Shown: piece after piece, positions 18,992-29,347 of the stretch | Layout: the number at the start of each line of letters is the position of its first letter | Position numbering within the stretch: position 1 is the first letter of the stretch | From: Opitutia bacterium | Lineage (GTDB): Bacteria; Verrucomicrobiota; Verrucomicrobiia; Opitutales; Opitutaceae | DNA: 64,000 nucleotides | Direction: 5' to 3' | Assembly (NCBI GenBank): GCA_947475065.1 | Contig: CANJLB010000003.1 | Span: 20,214 to 84,213 of the forward strand | The notes under the pieces: model-generated | Database searches by the model: none | What the model was told of the DNA's origin: nothing | Seen by the model: the letters and a program-made list of their open reading frames with translations, nothing else | Program-made: the position numbers and the translations under genes

Positions 18992-20122
18992 ATGATCCTA
19001 CGATTCATCCTCACCCTCATCGGTGTAGCCGCCCTCATCGCAGCCATTGTCTTTGTCAAAGGCACCCAATTCTCCGCCATGGGCGCTGCCCAGGCTGCCA
19101 TGGTCATGCCGCCCGACGTGGTGAGCGCCGCCACGGTGAATGAGGACACATGGGAGGACAGCCTTGCCGCCACCGGCACACTGGTCGCGGTGCAGGGCGT
19201 CACCGTCAGCGCCGAGGTAGCGGGTAAGATCACGCGCATCACGTTCGAGCCGGGTGCGACGGCCGCCGCCGGCGACCTGCTCGTGCAGCTCGACACATCG
19301 ACCGAGGAGGCGCAGCTCGCCTCCACCGAGGCCACGGTCGCACTCGCCGAGCTCAATCTCCGCCGCCAGCGCGACCTCCGTGATCAAAAAACCAACTCCC
19401 CTTCCGATCTCGACAGCGCCGAAGCCCAGAGCAAACAAGCCGCGGCGGCCGCCGCCGCCATCCGCGCCGTCATCGCCAAGAAGTCCATCCGCGCACCCTT
19501 CGCCGGTCGCCTCGGTTTGCGCTACGTCAACCTCGGCCAAAACCTGAACGCCGGCGACGCCATCAGCAGCCTCCAGACGCTCGACCCAATCTACGTCAAT
19601 TTCTCCGTACCGCAGCAAAAACTGTCCCTCCTCAAGGCCGGCGGTGCTGTCCGGCTTTCGAGCGACGTCGCGCCGGGCGAGAAGTTCGAGGGCCGTATCA
19701 ACGCCATCAGCCCGGAGGTTGACCAAGCTACCCGCAGCGTACGCGTGCAGGCCACGCTCGCCAACCCGTCGGAGAGGCTCCGCCCCGGCGTTTTTGCCAG
19801 CGTCGAGATCGTGCTCCCGAGCGTTCAGCGGGTGCTCGCCATCCCTGCCACGGCGATCCTCTACTCACCCTCCGGCGACTCGGTTTTTGTCATCGAGGAG
19901 AAGAAGGACGCCAAGACCGGCAAGCCAACCATGACTCTCCGCCAGCAGTTCGTGCAGCTTGGCTCGACCCGCGGTGATTTCGTCAACGTGACCTCGGGCC
20001 TCAAGGCCGGAGAGCAAATCGTGACCAGTGGCGTGTTCAAGCTCCACTCCGGCGGGGCGGTTGTGATTGATAACACCTACGCGCCTAACGCGCAGCCGAC
20101 GCCCAAGCCCGCCAATTCCTAA
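18992..20122 (+). CDS. efflux RND transporter periplasmic adaptor subunit (HlyD/MFP family)
   Basis: N-terminal TM helix MILRFILTLIGVAALIAAIVFV, coiled-coil region and beta-barrel (IRAPFAGRLGLRYVNLGQ). Started at the internal Met. Confidence 0.9.
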   Translation: MILRFILTLIGVAALIAAIVFVKGTQFSAMGAAQAAMVMPPDVVSAATVNEDTWEDSLAATGTLVAVQGVTVSAEVAGKITRITFEPGATAAAGDLLVQLDTSTEEAQLASTEATVALAELNLRRQRDLRDQKTNSPSDLDSAEAQSKQAAAAAAAIRAVIAKKSIRAPFAGRLGLRYVNLGQNLNAGDAISSLQTLDPIYVNFSVPQQKLSLLKAGGAVRLSSDVAPGEKFEGRINAISPEVDQATRSVRVQATLANPSERLRPGVFASVEIVLPSVQRVLAIPATAILYSPSGDSVFVIEEKKDAKTGKPTMTLRQQFVQLGSTRGDFVNVTSGLKAGEQIVTSGVFKLHSGGAVVIDNTYAPNAQPTPKPANS

Positions 20123-20164
20123 TCGTTGCCCCGATCGCTGTTCCTGCCCGCGCGCCTTCGCACC

Positions 20165-23100
20165 ATGAAAGCCATTACAGATCTTTTTATCCGCAAGCCA
20201 GTCCTGGCGATCGTCGTCAGCCTCGTAATCGTCATCGCCGGCCTGCAGGCGATGAAATCCCTCAACATTCGCCAGTATCCCCGCAGCGACAACGCCTCGG
20301 TCACGGTCGGCACTGTCTACGTCGGGGCAAGCGCGGAGCTGGTGCGTGGCTTCGTCACCACGCCGATCGAGCAGGCTGTCGCCTCGGCCGACGGCATTGA
20401 CTATGTCGAGTCGTCCAGCATGCAGGGCTTTTCCATCGTCACCGCCCGCCTCAAGCTCAATTACGACCCGCTTAAAGCGCTTGCGGAGATCACCTCCAAG
20501 GTCAACCAGGTCCGGAACAACTTGCCGCCCGAGGCGGAGGTTCCGTCCATCACCGTGCAGTCGGCCGACTCGCAGATTGCATCCTGCTACCTGAGTTTCT
20601 CCTCGAAAATTCTCTCCCAAGCGCAAATCACCGACTACCTCGTGCGCGTGGTGCAGCCGCGCCTCGCCGCCCTTCAAGGTGTGCAGCGAGCCGACATCAT
20701 GGGTGCGCGAACCTTCGCCATGCGCGTATGGCTCAAGCCCGACCGGATGGCCGCGCTCAACATCAGTCCCTCGCAAGCTCGCGCCGCGCTCGGCAGCAAT
20801 AACTATCTTTCCGCGGTCGGCTCCACCAAGGGCTCGCTAGTGCAGGTCAACCTCACGGCGAACACGAACCTGCACACCGTGGACGACTTCAAGCGCCTCG
20901 TCATCCGCAACCAGAACGACACTATCGTCCGCCTCGCCGACATCGCCGACGTGGAGCTGGGCGCCGAGGACTATGATACCGAGGTGCGGTTCACCGGCCA
21001 GACCGCCGTCTTCATGGCGATCTATCCGCTGCCCAACGCCAACGTCCTCGACGTGGTCGGTCGTGCGCGCACCGCGCTGGAGGACATCAAGCACAACCTA
21101 CCCGCCGGGCTCGATGCCATCGTCGGCTACGACGCCTCAGCCTATGTCGCGAACGCCATCCATGATGTTACCCACACGCTGGTCGAGACGCTTCTTATTG
21201 TTGTCGTGGTCATCTTTCTCTTCCTCGGCTCGTGGCGCTCGGTGCTCGTGCCGGTGCTCGCCATTCCTGTCTCCCTCATCGGCGGAATCTTCCTGATGCA
21301 GCTCTTCGGTTTTACGCTCAACCTGCTCACGCTGCTCGCCATCGTGCTTTCTGTTGGTTTGGTCGTGGACGACGCCATCGTCATCGTCGAAAATGTGGAA
21401 CGCCATCTACGCGAAGGACGCACACCGATGGACGCAGCCCTCGTCGGCGCACGCGAGCTAGTCGGTCCTATCATCGCCATGACTGTGACGTTGGCTGCGG
21501 TCTATGCACCCATCGGGCTGCAAGGCGGGCTTACCGGCACGTTGTTCCGGGAGTTCGCACTCACGCTATCGGGGGCGGTGGTGATCTCCGGCATCGTCGC
21601 CCTCACGCTTTCGCCCATGATGGCGTCGCGACTTCTGCGCAGCGCCGCGGAAGAGGAGAAAGGCTTCACCGGCTGGGTGAACCATCAGTTCGACAAGCTC
21701 CGCCGCTCCTATGGCCATGCGCTCGATGGGACATTGCGGAACCGTCCGGCTGTTTATGCGGTCTGGATCATCCTCTTCCTGGCGACGTTCCCCATGTTCC
21801 TGTTCTCGCCCGTGGAATTGGCCCCCGCCGAAGATCAGGGTGTGGTCTTTGGCATCATCACCAGCGCCGCCAACGCCACCGGCGACCAAAAGAGCGCCTT
21901 CGGACGTGCCACCGAGAAAGTGTTCATGGACATACCGGAGCGTGATCTCACGTTCCAGATCATGTTTCCTCCGTCGAACCCTGTCGGTCGGGCCGCTGCC
22001 GGTGCCGACGGCTTTAGCGGCATGGTCGTCAAACCGTGGCACAATCCCCGCAGCCGCACCATTTTTGAGATCAAAAACGAGGTGTCAGGTAAACTCGCTA
22101 CGGTGCCCGGTTTCCAAGCGTTCGCCGCGACCCCGGCGGCCCTGCCGGGTGGCAGCACATTCCCGGTTGAAGTGGTAATCGCAGGCACTGCCGAGGCCGA
22201 CCAGTTGCTGGGATTCACCCAGCAAATATACACTAAGGCGATAGCGACCGGGCTCTTCCCATTCCTTCAGATTGACACCAAGATTGACCAGCCGCAGTCC
22301 GAGGTCGTGCTTGATCGCGAAAAGGTCGCGGCCCTCGGCCTGAATCTCTCGCAGGTAGGTGCCGACCTCTCAGCAGCGCTCGGCGGCAACTACGTCAACC
22401 GCTTCGATATTGCGGGCCGCAGTTACAAGGTCATCCCGCAGATTCAGCGCTCAGACCGGTTGAATCCCGACCAGCTCAAGGATATCTATGTGTCGGGACC
22501 CAACGGTCAGGTCGTGCCGCTCAGTGCCATTGCGACCCTTAAAAGCACAGCCGTGCCGCGCTCCCTTGGCCGTTTCCAGCAGATGAACGCCGTCAAGCTA
22601 TCCGGTGCGACCAGCCGCACGCTCGACGAGGCGCTCACCGCGCTAGAGGGCATCGCCCGTGAGGTGCTGCCGCCCGGCTACAAACTCGATTACACTGGCG
22701 AGTCGCGCCAGCTCCGCCAGGAGGGCAACAAGTTCCTGCCGGCTTTCAGTCTCGCCGTCGTGATGATTTTTCTCGTGCTCGCGGTGCAGTTCAACTCGTT
22801 CCGCGATGCCATTGTCATTCTCCTCGGATCGGTGCCGCTGGCTTTGTTTGGCGCGCTCATCTTCACTGTGCTGAAGATGCCCAACCCCAACATGCCGTTC
22901 TGGACCGACGGGTGGACAACCACGCTCAACATCTACGCGCAGGTCGGCCTCGTCACCCTGGTTGGCCTTGTGGCGAAAAACGGCATCCTCATCGTCGAGT
23001 TCGCCAACAAGCTTCAGGAGCAGGGCCATGACAAGGTTTCCGCCGTGCGAGAGGCTGCCATGACCCGGCTCCGCCCCGTGCTCATGACCTCGGTGGCGAC

Positions 23101-23332
23101 CGTCGCCGGCCATTTCCCCCTCACGCTCGTCACCGGCGCGGGTGCGGCGGCCCGCAACTCCATCGGACTCGTGCTCGTTGGCGGCATGACTGTCGGCACG
23201 ATTTTCACGCTGTTTGTCGTCCCATCTGTCTACATTCTAATCGCTAAGAACCACGCCAAGGAGCCTGTACGGAAACCCGCCGCACCCGCCCCTGCCCTTG
23301 CTTCCGGCTCGACTCCGGCCCTCGCCAAATGA
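20165..23332 (+). CDS. efflux RND transporter permease subunit (AcrB/MexB family)
   Basis: ~1055 aa with 12 TM helices: MKAITDLFIRKPVLAIVVSLVIVIAGL..., and conserved AcrB motifs (VVDDAIVIVENVERH). Confidence 0.95.
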   Translation: MKAITDLFIRKPVLAIVVSLVIVIAGLQAMKSLNIRQYPRSDNASVTVGTVYVGASAELVRGFVTTPIEQAVASADGIDYVESSSMQGFSIVTARLKLNYDPLKALAEITSKVNQVRNNLPPEAEVPSITVQSADSQIASCYLSFSSKILSQAQITDYLVRVVQPRLAALQGVQRADIMGARTFAMRVWLKPDRMAALNISPSQARAALGSNNYLSAVGSTKGSLVQVNLTANTNLHTVDDFKRLVIRNQNDTIVRLADIADVELGAEDYDTEVRFTGQTAVFMAIYPLPNANVLDVVGRARTALEDIKHNLPAGLDAIVGYDASAYVANAIHDVTHTLVETLLIVVVVIFLFLGSWRSVLVPVLAIPVSLIGGIFLMQLFGFTLNLLTLLAIVLSVGLVVDDAIVIVENVERHLREGRTPMDAALVGARELVGPIIAMTVTLAAVYAPIGLQGGLTGTLFREFALTLSGAVVISGIVALTLSPMMASRLLRSAAEEEKGFTGWVNHQFDKLRRSYGHALDGTLRNRPAVYAVWIILFLATFPMFLFSPVELAPAEDQGVVFGIITSAANATGDQKSAFGRATEKVFMDIPERDLTFQIMFPPSNPVGRAAAGADGFSGMVVKPWHNPRSRTIFEIKNEVSGKLATVPGFQAFAATPAALPGGSTFPVEVVIAGTAEADQLLGFTQQIYTKAIATGLFPFLQIDTKIDQPQSEVVLDREKVAALGLNLSQVGADLSAALGGNYVNRFDIAGRSYKVIPQIQRSDRLNPDQLKDIYVSGPNGQVVPLSAIATLKSTAVPRSLGRFQQMNAVKLSGATSRTLDEALTALEGIAREVLPPGYKLDYTGESRQLRQEGNKFLPAFSLAVVMIFLVLAVQFNSFRDAIVILLGSVPLALFGALIFTVLKMPNPNMPFWTDGWTTTLNIYAQVGLVTLVGLVAKNGILIVEFANKLQEQGHDKVSAVREAAMTRLRPVLMTSVATVAGHFPLTLVTGAGAAARNSIGLVLVGGMTVGTIFTLFVVPSVYILIAKNHAKEPVRKPAAPAPALASGSTPALAK

Positions 23333-24723
23333 AATTTCCTGCCATGAAAATCGTCTTTCACGCCCTCCTTGGGTCCCTTGTGCCGCTCGTGTTGCTGGCC
23401 GTTGGCCTGCATTACTTCAGCCCTACAGCGCTGGCGGCGGTGCGGCCTGCCCTCACGCCTACTGCTCCACCCGTGCCCGACACACTCGACCTCGAGACTG
23501 CCGTCAAATACGCCGTCGAGCACAGCTTCACCATCCAGCAGGCCCGTGAGCGCATCCGCGAGCAGGAGGGCCTCATCGTTGCGGTCAGGGCGCAGGCGTT
23601 GCCGACGCTTTCGCTTGACGGCAGCTACACGCGCAACGATCCGGGTCTTGGCGGCGGCACCCCGCCCACCTATCAGAACTGGAGCATCGCCCTCGATGTC
23701 CGTCAGACCCTCTACGCCGGCGGCGCGATCACCAGCGCGCTCGACGCCCAGCGCTATGCCCGTGAGTCTGCGTTGCTCGACCTGCGCAGCACTATCAATC
23801 AGGCCTTGCTCGGGGTGCGGACGAAGTTCTACGCTGTTCTCTTCTCCCGCGAACAGATCAAGGTGCAGGAGCAGAGCGTCGATCTGCTGCAGGAGCAGCT
23901 CCGCAACGCCCAAAACCGCCGTGCCGCCGGCACCGTCTCCGACTTTGAGGTGCTCCGTGCCGAGGTCGAGCTCGCCAACGCCCAGCCTCCGCTCATCACC
24001 GCGCGTAACAACTACCGCCTCGCCATAGACGAGCTCCGCCAGTCCCTCGGCTATGACAACCGCACGCCGGACAATTTGAAAAAAACCCCCGAGTTCACGG
24101 GCACGCTCGACGTCACGCCCGCCACCTACGAGCTGCAGTCTGCACTCGACGCCGCCCGCCTGCACCGCCCCGAACTCCAGCGCCTCGCCAAAGTTGAGCA
24201 GGCACGCGGCGCGGCCATCCGTAACGCGCAGGCCGGCTACCGTCCCGAAGTTGCACTCGTCGGCGGGCTCGAATATAAAAAGGCCTTTGGCTCCAACAGC
24301 TTTGGTGACAGCGCGCACGGCTGGACGCTCGGGGTGCAGTCGAGCTGGGCGATCTTTGACGGTCACCTGACCGACGGCCGGGTCGCGCAGGCCCGCTCGC
24401 AGCTTGCACAGGCCCGGCTGGCGCGCGACGAGCAGACGCTGGCTGTCGAGGTGGAGGTGCGCCGCGCCCTCTCCTCGTTGCAGGAGGCCGCCGAACTCGT
24501 GGCGGCTGCGTCGCAGGTCGTGCGACAGGCTGAGGAAGCGCTCCGCCTCGCCACTGTTCGCAACCTTGCCGGGACGGCCACCCAGCTCGATGTGCTCTCG
24601 ACGCAGGTCGCGTTGACGCAGGCCCGTAACAACCAGCTCTCGGCCAACTACCGCCATGCCGTCGCCCTCGCCACCCTCCGGACGTCGCTCGGCGAGGCAG
24701 ATGCCTATGCGTCGGGCAACTGA
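23329..24723 (+). CDS. TolC-family outer-membrane efflux protein
   Basis: Signal peptide followed by two OEP repeats (LDLETAVKYAVEHSFTIQQA...; LQSALDAARLHRPELQ...). Its start overlaps the RND permease stop (operon). Confidence 0.9.
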   Translation: MKFPAMKIVFHALLGSLVPLVLLAVGLHYFSPTALAAVRPALTPTAPPVPDTLDLETAVKYAVEHSFTIQQARERIREQEGLIVAVRAQALPTLSLDGSYTRNDPGLGGGTPPTYQNWSIALDVRQTLYAGGAITSALDAQRYARESALLDLRSTINQALLGVRTKFYAVLFSREQIKVQEQSVDLLQEQLRNAQNRRAAGTVSDFEVLRAEVELANAQPPLITARNNYRLAIDELRQSLGYDNRTPDNLKKTPEFTGTLDVTPATYELQSALDAARLHRPELQRLAKVEQARGAAIRNAQAGYRPEVALVGGLEYKKAFGSNSFGDSAHGWTLGVQSSWAIFDGHLTDGRVAQARSQLAQARLARDEQTLAVEVEVRRALSSLQEAAELVAAASQVVRQAEEALRLATVRNLAGTATQLDVLSTQVALTQARNNQLSANYRHAVALATLRTSLGEADAYASGN

Positions 24724-24811
24724 GGCCCGGCCCGGTTTGTCCGCTGTGTGGCAATAGGATTGCGAAGCTGGGTCCGAGGTGATTTACCCTTCTGCCGTAT
24801 CCAACTGCCCT

Positions 24812-25630
24812 ATGAAACATCATCACATCGCATCCGCCTCGGGTATCGCCTTGTTTCTTGTCTGCACCGCCCTGCATGCGGCCGGCCAGCCCGCCGTCCC
24901 TGCGCCGGCACTCGCTTTGCCAACCGTGGCCGTCCCCCCCACGCTCAACGCGCTGACCGCAGCAGAAAAGGCTGCCGGCTGGGTTTTGCTTTTCGACGGC
25001 CAGACTCTTCAAAACTGGCGCGGCTACCGTGTGCAAGGTCCGCCGGCCGCCGGCTGGGAAATCAAGGACGGTTTGCTCAAGACCGTGCCGCGCGTGCGAG
25101 GGAGTGAGCTCATCACCCAGCGACAGTACACCGACTTTGAGCTGAGCTGGGAATGGCGCGTGGCCGAAGGCGCAAACAACGGCGTGAAATATTTTGTCAC
25201 CGAGGAGCGGCCCGGCGCTCCCGGCCCCGAATACCAGATGATTGACGATGCCCGGCATTCCGATGCCAAACGCGGTCCGCTTTACCAGACCGGCGCATTT
25301 TATGACGTGCTTCCGCCCGCCGCCGACAAGCCGCTCAAACCTGCCGGTGAGTGGAACTCGTCGCGGCTCTTGGTGCAGGGCTCCCATATCGAGCACTGGC
25401 TGAACGGTCAAAAAATCCTCGCATACGAATTGGGCAGCCCCGAGGTGAAGGCAGGTCTGGCCCGAAGCAAATTCAAAGATCAGCCTGGCTTTGGAGACAA
25501 AATCACCGGCCATATCATGCTCACGTATCACGACGACGAGTGCTGGTTTCGCAATTTCAAGGTGCGTGAGCTGCCCCTGGCCGCGCCGGCAGCTCCGGTG
25601 GTGCAACCGGCCGCTCGGCCAAAAACCTGA
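24812..25630 (+). CDS. DUF1080 (3-keto-disaccharide hydrolase-like, concanavalin fold) secreted protein
   Basis: Signal peptide, then GWVLLFDGQTLQNWRGY...GWEIKDGLL...ANNGVKYFV...HIMLTYHDDECWFRNFKV, which is the canonical DUF1080 sequence. Confidence 0.8.
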   Translation: MKHHHIASASGIALFLVCTALHAAGQPAVPAPALALPTVAVPPTLNALTAAEKAAGWVLLFDGQTLQNWRGYRVQGPPAAGWEIKDGLLKTVPRVRGSELITQRQYTDFELSWEWRVAEGANNGVKYFVTEERPGAPGPEYQMIDDARHSDAKRGPLYQTGAFYDVLPPAADKPLKPAGEWNSSRLLVQGSHIEHWLNGQKILAYELGSPEVKAGLARSKFKDQPGFGDKITGHIMLTYHDDECWFRNFKVRELPLAAPAAPVVQPAARPKT

Positions 25631-25711
25631 GAAACCCGGGTACGCCTCCCGTCCGGCCGGGCAAGATTTTCGTTTTTCCCGGCTTGGCGTTCGTCTGCCT
25701 CTGCCTTTCAG

Positions 25712-26176
25712 TTGGAAACCATGTCCGCTGTCACCGATCTCATTCCCCACCGTCCGCCGTTCCTGTTTGTTGACGACATTCTGACCGAGTCCGCCGACAG
25801 CCTCACTGCGCGCCGCACATGGCGCGCCGACGAGGACTTTTACCGCGGCCATTATCCCGCTGCGCCGATCACGCCCGGCGTGCTCCTGTGTGAGGCGGTG
25901 TTTCAGACGGGCGCGCTCTTCATGGCTCGGCAGGCGCAGGCGGCGGGCGGCCAGCCCGGCGAGGGCGTGCCGCTGCTGGCGAAGATCAGCGACGTGCGCT
26001 TCCGCAACCCCGTTTATCCCGGCGACGAAACCCTCATCGAGGTGAAAAAAAAGGAGGCGCTCGGCGGCTTCACGATGATGAGCGGAGCCATCAAGAAGGC
26101 CGACGGCACCCGTGTGCTGACCGTGGATTTCGCCGTCGCGTGGAAGACGCCCATGGGCGGCCAGACCAAGCCCTGA
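25712..26176 (+). CDS. FabA/FabZ-like hotdog-fold dehydratase
   Basis: HRPPFLFVDDI...YRGHYPAAPITPGVLLCEAVFQTGA is the (3R)-hydroxyacyl-ACP dehydratase signature. Confidence 0.8.
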   Translation: METMSAVTDLIPHRPPFLFVDDILTESADSLTARRTWRADEDFYRGHYPAAPITPGVLLCEAVFQTGALFMARQAQAAGGQPGEGVPLLAKISDVRFRNPVYPGDETLIEVKKKEALGGFTMMSGAIKKADGTRVLTVDFAVAWKTPMGGQTKP

Positions 26177-26222
26177 GAAATTTATGCAGGAAGCCATAAA
26201 CCCCGGAATTTTGATTTCAGCC

Positions 26223-26253
26223 TTCTTGGCTTCCTGGTTTCCTGCTTAATTAT
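26223..26253 (+). repeat. partial copy of the TTTCTTGG-periodic module of repeat family A
   Basis: cttcttggcttcctggtttcctgcttaatta lies just upstream of the FabI-like start. Compare 48611-48633 and 50530-50553. Confidence 0.45.
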
Positions 26254-26266
26254 TTTCCCGTCTCTC

Positions 26267-27091
26267 ATGACCGATTTCCTCCAGCTCACCGGCAAAACTT
26301 TTCTCGTCCTGGGTGTCGCCAACCGCAAGAGTGTCGCGTGGTTTGTCGCGAAGTCGCTGGAGGAGCAGGGCGCGCGCGTCATTTACGGCATCCGCTCCGA
26401 GGCGCGCAAGCAAGCCCTCGGCACCCAGCTCGCCGGTAAGTCAGTCTTTGTGTGCGACGTGGAGCAGGAGGGCGCGGCGGAGCGGCTCGCGGCCGAGGTC
26501 GCTGCGGCCGGCCACGCGCCACTGCACGGCCTTGTTCATTCCATCGCGTTTGCCAATTACAGCGAGGGCTTCCAGCCGTTTCACGCGACGAAGCGGAAGG
26601 ATTTTCTGCAGGCCACCGCGGTCTCGGCCTTTTCACTTGTCGAGCTGGCCCACGCCTTCAAGCCGCACTTCGCGCGCGACGCCTCGGTTGTGACGATCGG
26701 CATCTCGTCTCTGCTCGTCACGCCGGACAATTACGGCTACATGGGCCCGATCAAGGCCGCGCTGGAATCGGCCACGCGGTTTCTTGCCAAATCGTTCAGT
26801 ACCGACAGCGAGGTGCGCTTTAATGTCATTGGCAGCGGTCCGCTCAAGACCAGCGCGTCGGCAGGCATCCCCGGATATCTTGAAAGCTACCTCTATGCCG
26901 AGAAAATGACCTTCCGCAAACGCGCCCTTGGCACCGCCGAGGTCGCCAACGTCGCGCTGTTTCTCCTCAGCGAGCGCAGCAGTGGCGTAACCGGCACCAC
27001 CCTGGTGGTGGATGCCGGGCTGGGGCTGAACTATTTCGACCAGGAAATCATCCGCCTCGCCATGCGGCCCGAAGCGAAGAACAGAGGCTAA
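26267..27091 (+). CDS. enoyl-ACP reductase FabI-like (SDR family)
   Basis: LVLGVANRKSVAWFVAKSLEEQGARV (GxxxxxSxA FabI-type nucleotide motif) and Y/K catalytic region. 274 aa. Confidence 0.8.
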   Translation: MTDFLQLTGKTFLVLGVANRKSVAWFVAKSLEEQGARVIYGIRSEARKQALGTQLAGKSVFVCDVEQEGAAERLAAEVAAAGHAPLHGLVHSIAFANYSEGFQPFHATKRKDFLQATAVSAFSLVELAHAFKPHFARDASVVTIGISSLLVTPDNYGYMGPIKAALESATRFLAKSFSTDSEVRFNVIGSGPLKTSASAGIPGYLESYLYAEKMTFRKRALGTAEVANVALFLLSERSSGVTGTTLVVDAGLGLNYFDQEIIRLAMRPEAKNRG

Positions 27092-27100
27092 AATTCTTCG

Positions 27101-28135
27101 ATGATTTTCAAAAACACCTGCATCGAGTCTCTCGCTGTCACTCTGCCGGATGAGATTCTCACCTCGGCGGAGATCGAGAAACGGCTGCGCCCGTTATACG
27201 AACGGCTGAAATTGCCCGAAGGCCGGCTGGAGCTGATGACAGGCATCCGCGAGCGGCGTGTCTGGCCGACCGGCACACGGCCATCCGACGCGAGTGCCGC
27301 CGCCGGCCGCGCCGTGCTGGCGCAGTCGGCGTTGCGTGCGGATCAGGTTGAACTGTTCATCCACGCGGCGGTGTGCCGCGACATGCTGGAGCCGGCGACG
27401 GCGGCGTTTGCCCACCGCAAGATCGGTCTGCCGGCGACGGCGCAGATCTTCGATGTGTCCAACGCCTGCCTCGGCTTCCTCAACTCGCTCACCATCGCGG
27501 CGGGCCTGATTGAGTCAGGACAGATCAGGTGCGCGCTCGTCGCCGCGGGCGAAAACGGGGGGCCGCTCGTCGAGCAGACGCTGCACACGCTTCTCACCCA
27601 ACCGCTCGATCGCAACGGCATCAAGCCGTACTTTGCAAACCTCACCATCGGCTCCGGCGCGGTGGCGGCTGTCGTCTGCCATCGCGATCTCGTCCAAGGC
27701 CCTGCGCACCGGCTGATCGGCGGCGTGGCGCGCGCGGCCACGCGGCATAGCGAGCTTTGCCAGGGCGACACGCATGGCGCGGACTCGTTGGCGATGCAGA
27801 CCGACAGCGAGGCGCTGCTCATCGCCGGCCTTGAGCTCGCGCAGGAAACATGGCGCGACTTTACGGCGCTGACGGGCTGGAGCGCGGCGGGCGTGGGTCG
27901 CATTGTCTGCCATCAGGTCGGCAGCACGCACCGGCGGAAGCTTTACGAGGCGCTTGGGCTGGAGGTGGTGAAGGATTTTTCGACATTTGAGACGCTCGGC
28001 AACACCGGCTCGGTCGCCTTGCCGGCCACGCTGGCCGCCGCCATCGCGGCGGGCGCGGTGAAAAACGGCGACAAGGTCGCGCTGCTCGGCATCGGCAGCG
28101 GCCTGAACTCACTGATGCTCGCGCTGGAATGGTGA
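27101..28135 (+). CDS. 3-oxoacyl-ACP synthase III (FabH-like, thiolase fold)
   Basis: Active-site Cys in FDVSNACLGFLNSL, C-terminal His/Asn region (CHQVGSTHRRKL...GNTGSVALP). 344 aa. Confidence 0.85.
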   Translation: MIFKNTCIESLAVTLPDEILTSAEIEKRLRPLYERLKLPEGRLELMTGIRERRVWPTGTRPSDASAAAGRAVLAQSALRADQVELFIHAAVCRDMLEPATAAFAHRKIGLPATAQIFDVSNACLGFLNSLTIAAGLIESGQIRCALVAAGENGGPLVEQTLHTLLTQPLDRNGIKPYFANLTIGSGAVAAVVCHRDLVQGPAHRLIGGVARAATRHSELCQGDTHGADSLAMQTDSEALLIAGLELAQETWRDFTALTGWSAAGVGRIVCHQVGSTHRRKLYEALGLEVVKDFSTFETLGNTGSVALPATLAAAIAAGAVKNGDKVALLGIGSGLNSLMLALEW

Positions 28136-28217
28136 ACGCGCGGCACAACCGTCCCTGCGCTCACGCGCAGGGCCACGAGGACCGGCGTAGCCCGCTCCGT
28201 GAGGAGCGGGACAAACC

Positions 28218-29114
28218 ATGAGCACCGCCGCTTCCTTCCCCGACTGGCTCCGGCCGCTCTATCCCTTCACTCCACAGGTGTTCACCACGCCGCGCGGCGC
28301 ACGGATGAGCTATCTCGACGAAGGCCCGCGCGCCGACGAGGCCGTGATCATGCTGCATGGCAACCCGACGTGGTCATTTTACTACCGCCGGCTGGTCTCT
28401 GCCCTCGCTCTGAAGCTTCGCTGCGTCGTGCCCGACCACATCGGCATGGGACTCTCCGAGAAGCCGCAGGACTATCCCTACACGCTGGCGACGCGCATTG
28501 ACGACGTGATGGCGCTGGTCGCGTCACTCGGGCTGAAAAAAATCCACCTTGTTGTCCACGACTGGGGAGGAGCGATTGGCTTCGGCCTGGCGGCGCGGTG
28601 TCCTGAGCTGATCGGCCGGCTGGTCATGCTGAATACGGCGGCCTTTCCTTCGCCGCATATCCCGGCGCGCATCGCACTCTGCAAGACGCCTTTCCCTGGT
28701 ACGGCCATCGTGCGCGGCCTGAACGGCTTCGCCGGCCCGGCCGTATGCATGAGTATGAACCGCCGCCAGCTCACGGCCGAAGAGCGAGGTGGCTATCTCT
28801 TTCCCTACGACTCCTGGGCGAACCGCGTGGCGGTGGATGCTTTTGTGAAAGATATCCCGATGGACGCGGCGCATGCGAGTTGGGGGGAGCTGGAGATGGC
28901 GGCGGCAGGGCTGAGCAAATTTTCCGATCGGCCTGCGCTCATCGTGTGGGGAGGCAAGGATTTTTGCTTCCACGACTGGTATTTCGCCGAATGGAAACGC
29001 CGGCTGCCGCAAGCCGCCACCCACTATCTGGGCGATGCCGGCCATTATGTGCTTGAGGACGCTGACACGGAGGTCGTGCCATTGATCGCGAAGTTTCTTC
29101 TGGCCTATGACTAA
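28218..29114 (+). CDS. alpha/beta hydrolase (haloalkane-dehalogenase-like fold)
   Basis: HGNPTWSFYYR...VVHDWGGAIGF (nucleophile elbow)...GHYVLED. Confidence 0.85.
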   Translation: MSTAASFPDWLRPLYPFTPQVFTTPRGARMSYLDEGPRADEAVIMLHGNPTWSFYYRRLVSALALKLRCVVPDHIGMGLSEKPQDYPYTLATRIDDVMALVASLGLKKIHLVVHDWGGAIGFGLAARCPELIGRLVMLNTAAFPSPHIPARIALCKTPFPGTAIVRGLNGFAGPAVCMSMNRRQLTAEERGGYLFPYDSWANRVAVDAFVKDIPMDAAHASWGELEMAAAGLSKFSDRPALIVWGGKDFCFHDWYFAEWKRRLPQAATHYLGDAGHYVLEDADTEVVPLIAKFLLAYD

Positions 29115-29301
29115 AACTGTATTGTTGTAGCAATGAATCATATGGGAGTTTGGTTTGGCTAGGACATAGCACAGGAGTGTCACCTATGTACCCAGATCAA
29201 CCCCGGCCTAGCCCTTCCGGCCGACGACAAAACTTTCTCTCGCCCCGCGCCCCGCGCCATGGTTAAACTCAGCCCCGTTCTCACCGCATTTCGTTTCTCC
29301 T

Positions 29302-29311
29302 CCCCCCCCCC
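29302..29311. repeat. C10 homopolymer tract ~36 bp upstream of the esterase start
   Basis: ttctcctccccccccccgagtc, in the 5' leader of the 29348 gene. Confidence 0.65.
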
Positions 29312-29347
29312 GAGTCTCCGTCCCCGTCATCGCATTCCCTTTCCGTC

